From an uncultured Cohaesibacter sp. (GTDB taxonomy: Bacteria > Pseudomonadota > Alphaproteobacteria > Rhizobiales > Cohaesibacteraceae), in assembly GCA_963666525.1 (NCBI GenBank), contig OY762905.1, forward strand, positions 1,483,331 to 1,515,330: a stretch of 32,000 nucleotides of DNA, read 5' to 3'. Below, one piece after another: positions 25,920 to 32,000 of the stretch. The notes under the pieces were generated by a model. That model was not told the origin of the DNA and searched no databases. It was given only the letters and a program-made list of their open reading frames with translations. Position 1 is the stretch's first letter. Each line of letters opens with the position of its first letter. Made by a program: the position numbers and the translations under genes.

Positions 25920-27125
25920 ATGAACAAGGTTCTGGTTATCGGCGCAGGTGGCGTCGGCTCCGTTGTGATCCATAAAATGGCACAGCTTTCCGAGATCTTC
26001 GGTGACATCACGCTGGCATCCCGCCGCATTTTCAAATGCGACGAGATCGCTGCTTCCGTGAAGGAACGGACCGGAGTTACCATCAACACCGCCGAGGTCG
26101 ATGCCGATGACGTGGACGCGCTCTCTGCCCTCATCGACAAACTGGGTGTCAGCCTCGTGGTCAACGTGGCCCTGCCCTATCAGGATCTCAACATCATGGA
26201 CGCCTGCCTGAAATCCGGCGTCAACTATCTCGATACCGCCAACTACGAGCCGCGTGATGTTGCCAAGTTCGAATACAGCTGGCAGTGGGCCTATCAGCAA
26301 CGCTTCGAGGAAGCAGGCCTGATGGCTCTGCTCGGCTCCGGCTTCGACCCGGGCGTTACCAACGTCTACACCGCCTATGCCAAGAAACACCTGCTCGACA
26401 CAATCGAGTATCTCGACATTCTCGATTGCAACGGCGGCGACCATGGCCAGCATTTCGCCACCAACTTCAACCCGGAAATCAACATCCGCGAAGTGACCGC
26501 TCCGGTCCATCACTGGGAAAACGGCGACTGGGTCACCACGCCGGCCATGGGCAACAAGCAGGTTTTCGACTTCCCGGCCGTTGGTGAGAAGAACATGTAC
26601 CAGATGTATCACGAAGAGCTGGAAAGCCTTGTGAAGCACCTGCCGGAAATCAAACGCGCCCGCTTCTGGATGACCTTCGGCGACGCTTATATCAAGCACT
26701 TGGAAGTTCTGCAGAATGTCGGCATGACCCGCATCGACCCGGTCATCTATGAAGGCAAGGAAATCATTCCGCTGCAGTTCCTTAAGGCAGTTCTGCCGAA
26801 TCCGGGCGATCTGGGCAAGACCACCAAGGGCAAGACCTGCATCGGCAACATCATGACCGGCGAGAAGGACGGCAAGGCCAAAACGGTCTATGTCTACAAC
26901 ATCTGCGACCATGAAGAATGCTATGCCGAAGTTGGCTCGCAGGCCATTTCCTACACCACCGGTGTGCCTGCCATGATCGGTGCCGCCCTGATGCTCACCG
27001 GCAAATGGTCTGGCAAGGGCGTATTCAACATGGAACAGCTTGATCCGGATCCATTCATGGATATGCTCAACAAACACGGCCTTCCGTGGGAAGTACACGA
27101 CCTGGACAAGCCGCTCGACTTCTAG
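25920..27125 (+). CDS. Carboxyspermidine/carboxynorspermidine dehydrogenase (saccharopine dehydrogenase family)
   Basis: MNKVLVIGAGGVGSVVIHKMAQ (Rossmann fold), GFDPGVTNVY, GGDHGQHFATNFNPEIN, FWMTFGDAYI, AISYTTGVPAMIGA. It appears colinear with my recalled Vibrio CANSDH sequence. Confidence 0.9.
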   Translation: MNKVLVIGAGGVGSVVIHKMAQLSEIFGDITLASRRIFKCDEIAASVKERTGVTINTAEVDADDVDALSALIDKLGVSLVVNVALPYQDLNIMDACLKSGVNYLDTANYEPRDVAKFEYSWQWAYQQRFEEAGLMALLGSGFDPGVTNVYTAYAKKHLLDTIEYLDILDCNGGDHGQHFATNFNPEINIREVTAPVHHWENGDWVTTPAMGNKQVFDFPAVGEKNMYQMYHEELESLVKHLPEIKRARFWMTFGDAYIKHLEVLQNVGMTRIDPVIYEGKEIIPLQFLKAVLPNPGDLGKTTKGKTCIGNIMTGEKDGKAKTVYVYNICDHEECYAEVGSQAISYTTGVPAMIGAALMLTGKWSGKGVFNMEQLDPDPFMDMLNKHGLPWEVHDLDKPLDF

Positions 27126-27211
27126 GTCCCGATCAATTCTTCGAGCCCGGCCCTGCCGGGCTCACTTGTCTTAGCCCGCGAGGGCCAGTTCTCGAATGGA
27201 GAAAAACCGAA

Positions 27212-28405
27212 ATGACCGATGCGCCAGTAATGGAAACGCAGGCAGGCGATGCCGGCGCTTTCGCTACCTTTGATCTTTCGCGCGTTCCTTCCCCCTGCTT
27301 TGTGATCGACAAGGCGGCCATCCGCCGCAATCTGCGCATCCTTGCCAAGGTGGGAGAAGAAGCCGACGTCAAGGTTCTGCTGGCACTCAAGGCTTTCTCC
27401 TGCTGGGCGCTGAGCGACATGGTCAGCAATTATCTGGACGGCACCTGCGCCTCCGGCCTTTGGGAGGCAAAACTGGCGCGAGAACAGTTCTCCGGCGAGC
27501 TGGCCACCTATTCGGCAGGCTTCAAGGAAGACGAGATGCCCGAGATCCTGGAGCTGTCGGATCATCTCATCTTCAACAATCCGACCCAGTTCGAGCGCTT
27601 TTCAAGCTATATCAAGGCCGCTCGCAAGTGGGGCCATGCGCCTGATTTCGGACTTAGGATCAATCCCGAGCATTCCGAGGGCCATATCGCCAAATATGAC
27701 CCCTGCGCCATCGGATCACGCCTCGGCACCCCGATCAGCCAGCTCAACGAAGAGGACCTTGCGCCCTTCTCCGGCATTCACATGCATACCCTGTGCGAAC
27801 AGGATTTCACGCCTTTGAAGCGAACCTTCGAGGCCGTGGAAGATCGCCTTGGCCCCTGGCTCAAGAAGCTCAAATGGCTCAACTTCGGCGGCGGCCATCA
27901 TATCACCCGCGCGGATTATCAGCGCGACGAGCTCGTGGCCTTCCTCAGGGACATCAAGGCCAAATATGATGTAGAGATCTATCTCGAACCGGGAGAAGCA
28001 GTGGCACTGGACGCTGGCATTCTGGTTGGCGAGGTGCTTGATGTCGCCCATAACGGCAACACAAACCTTGCCATCATGGACATTTCGGCAACCTGCCACA
28101 TGCCCGATGTCATCGAGGCCCCCTATCGTCCGGCCCTGCTTGACGAACCGGAAGCCGGCCTCGTCTATCGCCTTGGCGGCCCGTCTTGTCTGGCTGGCGA
28201 TGTCATCGGCGATTACAAATTCGGCAAGACCCCGGAAATCGGACAGCGCATCGCCTTTCTTGATCAGGCACACTATTCCATGGTCAAGACCAACACCTTC
28301 AACGGGGTGCGCCTTCCAGCCATCGCCATCTGGGACTCCGAGACCGACAAGCTCGACGTGATCCGCGAGTTTTCCTATTCCGACTTCCGCAACCGCCTCT
28401 CCTGA
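27212..28405 (+). CDS. nspC: Carboxyspermidine/carboxynorspermidine decarboxylase
   Basis: From the ATG at 27212 (GGAG upstream): PCFVIDKAAIRRNL, VLLALKAFSCWA, DGTCASGLWEAKLAREQF, YLEPGEAV, GPSCLAGDVIG, FNGVRLPAIAIW. It appears colinear with my recalled Vibrio NspC sequence. The ORF-track start at 27086 overlaps the preceding gene and is rejected. Confidence 0.9.
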   Translation: MTDAPVMETQAGDAGAFATFDLSRVPSPCFVIDKAAIRRNLRILAKVGEEADVKVLLALKAFSCWALSDMVSNYLDGTCASGLWEAKLAREQFSGELATYSAGFKEDEMPEILELSDHLIFNNPTQFERFSSYIKAARKWGHAPDFGLRINPEHSEGHIAKYDPCAIGSRLGTPISQLNEEDLAPFSGIHMHTLCEQDFTPLKRTFEAVEDRLGPWLKKLKWLNFGGGHHITRADYQRDELVAFLRDIKAKYDVEIYLEPGEAVALDAGILVGEVLDVAHNGNTNLAIMDISATCHMPDVIEAPYRPALLDEPEAGLVYRLGGPSCLAGDVIGDYKFGKTPEIGQRIAFLDQAHYSMVKTNTFNGVRLPAIAIWDSETDKLDVIREFSYSDFRNRLS

Positions 28406-28413
28406 GAAGAGCC

Positions 28414-29313
28414 GTGCAACCCTGGACAAAGACCATGCTTGATCTGACCTATCCCGCCTTTCTGGAATCGGAACTGACGGAAGACGAAAGCAATCCGCAG
28501 AAGGCCCTGTTCGAAGTCATCCCCTGCCCGCTGGAAAAAACGGTTTCCTACGGAGCCGGAACATCGGCAGGCCCGCTGGCGCTGCTGGAAGCCAGTCAGG
28601 AGCTGGAGCGCTATGACGGCAAGGGCTTTCCGATCAAGAAGGGCATCTACACATCACCCGTGATCAATTGCGACCAGCCCATCGAGGCTGTCATCAAGGA
28701 TCTGCGCGCCCGCACCACGGCCAGCGTCAAGGCAGGTCGCATTCCGGTGACCCTTGGCGGTGAGCACAGCCTTTCCTATGGCGCCATCATGGGGGTGGTG
28801 GACGCCCTTGATGCCCCGGTCGGCATCATCCAGATCGACGCCCACGCAGACCTGCGCGTCGCCTATCAGGGCCAGAAGCATTCCCATGCCTCGGTCATGC
28901 ACCTGTGCGCGGTGGAGCGTCGCCTGCCGCTGATGCAATTCGGCATCCGCGCCCTCTGCATCGAGGAACAGGAGAGCCGCATGAACGAAGCACATATTTC
29001 GTTTGTCGATGCGGAAAAGCTTGTTACGGAACGGCTGACGGCGGTCGACCTGCCGGAAGATTTCCCCGAACATGTCTATGTCACCTTCGACGTCGACGGT
29101 CTGGACCCGTCAATCATGCCGGCAACCGGCACTCCGGTTCCTGGTGGCCTGAGCTACTATCAGAGCCTTCAGCTCATTGCACATGCCCTCAAGGGCCGCA
29201 AATGTGTCGGAATGGATGTGGTGGAACTGGCCCCGATCGAGGGTCAATGGGCCTGGGACTTCACGGCTGCCAACCTGACCTATCGCCTGATGGGACTTGT
29301 CAGCGGCCACTGA
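28414..29313 (+). CDS. speB: Agmatinase (ureohydrolase family)
   Basis: Mn-binding motifs LGGEHSLSYG, IQIDAHADLR, VTFDVDGLDPS and VELAP. GTG at 28414 lies 8 nt after the nspC stop. ATG 28435 is an alternative start. Confidence 0.88.
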   Translation: MQPWTKTMLDLTYPAFLESELTEDESNPQKALFEVIPCPLEKTVSYGAGTSAGPLALLEASQELERYDGKGFPIKKGIYTSPVINCDQPIEAVIKDLRARTTASVKAGRIPVTLGGEHSLSYGAIMGVVDALDAPVGIIQIDAHADLRVAYQGQKHSHASVMHLCAVERRLPLMQFGIRALCIEEQESRMNEAHISFVDAEKLVTERLTAVDLPEDFPEHVYVTFDVDGLDPSIMPATGTPVPGGLSYYQSLQLIAHALKGRKCVGMDVVELAPIEGQWAWDFTAANLTYRLMGLVSGH

Positions 29314-29387
29314 TCGGCGGAGACCGGGAACGGGATCAGGGCAGAAGCGAGCCTGAACCAAGGTCACCCCACCCTGCCGGAGATATG

Positions 29388-29421
29388 AAAACGCCCCATC
29401 GAATGATGAGGCGTTTTGTTT
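29388..29421. terminator. Bidirectional intrinsic terminator between convergent speB and the exported hypothetical gene
   Basis: AAAACGCC-C-CATC-GAAT-GATG-A-GGCGTTTT followed by GTTT. The A-run on the other side serves the minus strand. Confidence 0.8.
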
Positions 29422-30070
29422 ACCAGATCGAGAGATTGCTGAACATCTTCTCGCTCTTGTCGACCAGACGCGAGAAGTAGCCACCATCTTTCGGGCTGCG
29501 CCGTTCTGCGTCCGCCACGCTCTGCCCGCCTGAGGCGAGTGGCGCCAGCGGCTCGCTTTTCACCTCGCTCTTGTCCCCGGAAGCCGCAATGGCAGTTTCC
29601 GGCGAAATATGTCCCTGTGGCAGCAAGACCTGCGGGGAAGCCGGTGCAGGCAGGCTCTGCGTGCCAGTCAGGTCGATCGCGGCTGCGTGGGGCTCACCGG
29701 CCTTTGCTTCCAGCGTGGCTGACGGCTCGAAGCCGGCCTTGAGCATGGTTGCCTGCATGCCATCAAGGCGCCGGGAAAGCATATCCACCTTGGCGACCAG
29801 TTTGGCATTGTCCTTGCGCTGGTTTTCGAGTTCCGTTGCCAGCCGTGTCAGCTCGGTGAGCAACGCCCGGGTACTGACTGCATCATGCCAGTCCTCATCC
29901 ATCGGCTCACCCGTCGCCTCATGCGTGACATCGGACGCAACCTCGGTCGTTGTATCGGTCGCTGCCTGCACGGCAACATCCTTCCTTGTCGATTGTGCCC
30001 ATACCGGCTGTGCAACAGACAGCAGAAGCAAGGACGCAAATACCGCCCGGCATGCATACAAACGCTTCAT
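29420..30070 (-). CDS. Exported hypothetical protein with a short coiled-coil segment
   Basis: From the ATG at 30070: signal peptide MKRLYACRAVFASLLLLSVAQPVWA, an acidic Thr-rich region, a coiled-coil stretch (LLTELTRLATELENQRKDNAKLVAKVDMLSRRLDGMQ) and a Pro/Ala/Ser-rich C-terminal half. I recognised no family. Confidence 0.55.
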   Translation of the reverse strand: MKRLYACRAVFASLLLLSVAQPVWAQSTRKDVAVQAATDTTTEVASDVTHEATGEPMDEDWHDAVSTRALLTELTRLATELENQRKDNAKLVAKVDMLSRRLDGMQATMLKAGFEPSATLEAKAGEPHAAAIDLTGTQSLPAPASPQVLLPQGHISPETAIAASGDKSEVKSEPLAPLASGGQSVADAERRSPKDGGYFSRLVDKSEKMFSNLSIW

Positions 30071-30321
30071 TCCAAATCCGATATGGCAAACCATCGTCTC
30101 AAACCCTTCTCGACATCATCATGCTTCTTGAGGAGCAAATCTTTGTAGGGGTGCATCACAACACCTGATCTGTGGCAATAATATGGGCATCCCCATCGCT
30201 GACTTTGAAACGGCCCTTCACTTAAGCTATCGGTTTGTTACACAGAGCTTATGATGCTCTGCCTGCGGCAGGTTTAGCCGCTCGCATTTCGCCACGGCCA
30301 AAACATCAAGGAAAACCCGGA

Positions 30322-30738
30322 ATGGATACCAACCATTATCGTCTGGAAACCCGGACCCCGCCCCTCGCAGACTTTCTGCGTCTGAGAGAAATAACCGGTC
30401 TTACCGTCTATTCAGAGGAAGCGGCACAGGCAGGACTGAAGGGAACCGTTGCGGCTGCGACCATCTACCACGGTGACCATGTGGTTGGCATCGGACGACT
30501 GGTCGGTGACGGTGGTTGTGTGTTTGTAATTTGCGACATTGCAGTCGACCCGGCCCATCAGGGCAATGGCCTTGGCAAAGCCATCATGACAAGCCTGATG
30601 GACTATGTGAACCGGAACCTGAAGTCGAAGGCCTATGTCTCCATCATTGCCGACATTCCGGCCAACAGGCTGTATGAACAATTCGGCTTTGAGGAAACGG
30701 CTCCCGCCTCCATTGGCATGGCCTACAGGGTTTCCTGA
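30322..30738 (+). CDS. GNAT-family N-acetyltransferase
   Basis: From the ATG at 30322: acetyl-CoA-binding motif A, ICDIAVDPAHQGNGLGKAIMTSLM, and C-terminal LYEQFGFEE. 138 aa. Confidence 0.8.
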   Translation: MDTNHYRLETRTPPLADFLRLREITGLTVYSEEAAQAGLKGTVAAATIYHGDHVVGIGRLVGDGGCVFVICDIAVDPAHQGNGLGKAIMTSLMDYVNRNLKSKAYVSIIADIPANRLYEQFGFEETAPASIGMAYRVS

Positions 30739-30769
30739 GTGCCGTCAGGAGCAAAGAGTTCGCACACCG

Positions 30770-31243
30770 CTAGCGGATCAGATCGGCAACCACGCAGCCC
30801 ATGAAATCGACGAGTGCCTTTGGCTCGATGCGGATCTGCAACCCGCGCTGGCCGCCATTGACGTGAATGAGCGGCTTGTCCATGGCGCTTTCATCCAGCA
30901 CCGTGCGCACCCGCTTGCGCTGGCCGAGCGGGCTGATCCCGCCCACCTTGTAGCCGGTGATCCGCTCGGCATTGGCGGGCAGCATCATGGCAGCGTGTTT
31001 GCCGCCAAAGGCCTTGGCCAGCTTCTTCATGTTGACCTCGCAATCGGACGGCACCACCGCGCAAACAGGCTTGCCATCAAGCTCGATCATCAAGGATTTG
31101 AACACCTCGGCCGGGTCCGCCCCAATCGCCTCGGCCGCCTGCAGCCCGACACGATCCGCATCGGGATCATACTCATAATGCAAAAGCGAAAAATCCACCT
31201 TGCCCTTCTTGAGGGCGAGTGTTGCGGGCGTACTGTCGGACAT
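30770..31243 (-). CDS. ybaK: Cys-tRNA(Pro)/Cys-tRNA(Cys) deacylase, YbaK/EbsC family
   Basis: From the ATG at 31243: TPATLALKKGKVDFSLLHYEYDP..., FKSLMIELDGKPVCAVVPSD, KVGGISPLGQRKR, IHVNGGQRGLQI. 157 aa. Confidence 0.86.
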   Translation of the reverse strand: MSDSTPATLALKKGKVDFSLLHYEYDPDADRVGLQAAEAIGADPAEVFKSLMIELDGKPVCAVVPSDCEVNMKKLAKAFGGKHAAMMLPANAERITGYKVGGISPLGQRKRVRTVLDESAMDKPLIHVNGGQRGLQIRIEPKALVDFMGCVVADLIR

Positions 31244-31343
31244 GGAAATTCCCTGGATGCATGAAAGGCGCAAATGCGCCATTCGTTTTAGGCGGGCAGG
31301 ACGGGAGATGCAAGAGACCAGATCACGGCATCATGCCGGCTCC

Positions 31344-31775
31344 TTACCCCACCACCTCGAACTCGATGCCGCAGTCAGAGAGAATCTCCTCGCTGCGGGT
31401 GGTATCAAAGCGACCCTGAATGCCGTCATTGTGACGCCAGACGACCTTGGCAACCTGATGGGCGGCGAGGAACTTCGTGCATTCCTTGCAGGGCGGGTGA
31501 GTGACATAGACGATGCAGCCCTTGGCTGGCTCCTTCATGGCGGCCAGGGCGTTCATCTCGGCGTGGATAACACGATCATATTTTTCCTCGCGGGTGTCCC
31601 ACCATTCGCCACGGTCCTCCATCGAGCGGGGGAAGCCGTTATAGCCGACAGCGGCAAAGCTCTTGTCCGGGCGCACGATGACACACCCCACCTTGGTGGA
31701 TGGATCACGGCTGCGTCTGGCAACGGCATCGGCGCACTCAAGCACCCATTCATCAAAACCGGGTCTGGAAGACAT
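31344..31775 (-). CDS. Deoxycytidylate (dCMP) deaminase, CMP/dCMP zinc-binding family
   Basis: From the ATG at 31775: KVGCVIVRPD...GYNGFP, zinc/catalytic motifs IHAEMNAL and PCKECTKFL. 143 aa. Confidence 0.85.
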   Translation of the reverse strand: MSSRPGFDEWVLECADAVARRSRDPSTKVGCVIVRPDKSFAAVGYNGFPRSMEDRGEWWDTREEKYDRVIHAEMNALAAMKEPAKGCIVYVTHPPCKECTKFLAAHQVAKVVWRHNDGIQGRFDTTRSEEILSDCGIEFEVVG

Positions 31776-31893
31776 CTGCCCCTCTTGAAAATCAACAATA
31801 AAAATCCGCAAGTGACGAGAAAAACTTGCGACGCATGACAAGGAAAAGCAAGAGGCAAGCCGCAAAGTCTCGCCGAAACACCTCAAAATACCC

Positions 31894-31917
31894 CAAAAAG
31901 GCAGAGCAATCCTGCCC
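31894..31917 (-). terminator. Probable intrinsic terminator downstream of tRNA-Glu
   Basis: Minus strand: GGCAG-GATTGCT-CTGCC followed by TTTTTGGGGTATTTTG, about 35 nt after the tRNA CCA end. Confidence 0.45.
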
Positions 31918-31951
31918 TGACTCATTGATAACGAACTGTCGGACTGAGGTT

Positions 31952-32000
31952 TGGTACGCCCTACGGGGTTCGAACCCGTGTTGCCGCCGTGAGAGGGCGG
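31952..32000 (-). tRNA. tRNA-Glu (anticodon CUC), 3' portion only; the 5' part lies beyond the window end
   Basis: The reverse complement reads CCGCC-CTCTCAC-GGCGG-CAAC-ACGGG-TTCGAAC-CCCGT-AGGGCGT-A-CCA. That parses as anticodon stem-loop with U33 and A37 flanking CUC, a 4-nt variable loop, a T-arm with GTTCGAA, the acceptor 3' strand, the discriminator and an encoded CCA. It is nearly superimposable on my recalled E. coli tRNA-Glu (CCGCCCTTTCACGGCGGTAACAGGGGTTCGAATCCCCTAGGGGACGCCA). Confidence 0.85.

Noticed and set aside
25734-27098. 454-aa minus-strand ORF covering the CANSDH gene
   Set aside because: It is antisense to a gene that appears colinear with my recalled Vibrio carboxynorspermidine dehydrogenase sequence. 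Its composition is shadow-frame-like.
30322-30738. GNAT acetyltransferase as a spermidine/polyamine N-acetyltransferase belonging to the polyamine cluster
   Set aside because: It is separated from speB by a convergent gene and a terminator. GNAT substrate specificity cannot be read from sequence motifs alone.
31344-31775. dCMP deaminase as a possible nucleotide-depletion anti-phage gene
   Set aside because: It is a small stand-alone housekeeping-type CMP/dCMP deaminase. It has no fused kinase or other domain, no neighbouring defence or mobile genes, and a core-gene context (ybaK, tRNA).
31952-32000. First reading of the terminal tRNA fragment as a class II (long variable arm) tRNA such as Leu, Ser or Tyr, or as part of a tmRNA
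   Set aside because: Re-parsing shows that the CCGCC/GGCGG helix is the anticodon stem, with a 7-nt loop (U33, CUC, A37) and a 4-nt variable loop. This matches the tRNA-Glu layout.
1-32000. Scan for CRISPR arrays, IS elements and inverted terminal repeats, integrases, prophage genes, toxin-antitoxin pairs, long tandem or dispersed repeats, and compositionally foreign islands
   Set aside because: None were found by eye. The only AT-rich stretches are promoter-containing intergenic gaps (about 4400-4760, 11690-11930, 13480-13680 and 23500-23700), and every large ORF has a plausible core-genome identity.

Overview
This window looks like core chromosome from an alphaproteobacterium. That origin is inferred from ctrA, a ChpT-family phosphotransferase, an alphaproteobacterial-type fliJ and a DUF1134 gene, and the CtrA sequence looks Hyphomicrobiales-like.

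Left third (motility and cell cycle):
- Flagellar type III export genes: the 3' part of flhA, then fliI and fliJ. hemG and a small PqiA-like membrane protein sit between flhA and fliJ.
- ctrA, divergent from fliI across an AT-rich regulatory gap.
- An MCP-less chemotaxis operon, cheA(hybrid, C-terminal receiver)-cheW-cheY-cheB-cheR.
- A co-directional ChpT-family histidine phosphotransferase gene 260 bp upstream of cheA.

Middle:
- A YHS-domain periplasmic protein, DUF1134 and a membrane-anchored coiled-coil protein.
- An ABC-F ATPase (Uup-like), prfC, a peptidoglycan-binding exported protein and ilvD.

Right third:
- A complete alternative spermidine pathway: speA, carboxy(nor)spermidine dehydrogenase, nspC and speB.
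- An exported hypothetical protein, a GNAT acetyltransferase, ybaK-type Cys-tRNA(Pro) deacylase and dCMP deaminase.
- The 3' two-thirds of a tRNA-Glu(CUC) at the window edge.

I saw no transposase, integrase, phage genes, CRISPR array, toxin-antitoxin pair or recognisable defence genes. I also found no convincing wholly novel multi-gene system.

Best leads:
1. The ChpT-family gene next to a receiver-bearing hybrid CheA, with ctrA nearby. This may connect chemosensory signalling to the CtrA phosphorelay.
2. A terminator-like hairpin plus an overlapping 44-codon uORF directly upstream of a TTG-initiated speA, inside an unusually long 684-bp non-coding gap.
3. Dense TTAA and palindrome clusters in several promoters that resemble CtrA-type sites.

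All protein calls rest on my recognition of conserved motifs in the supplied translations. No database search was run.
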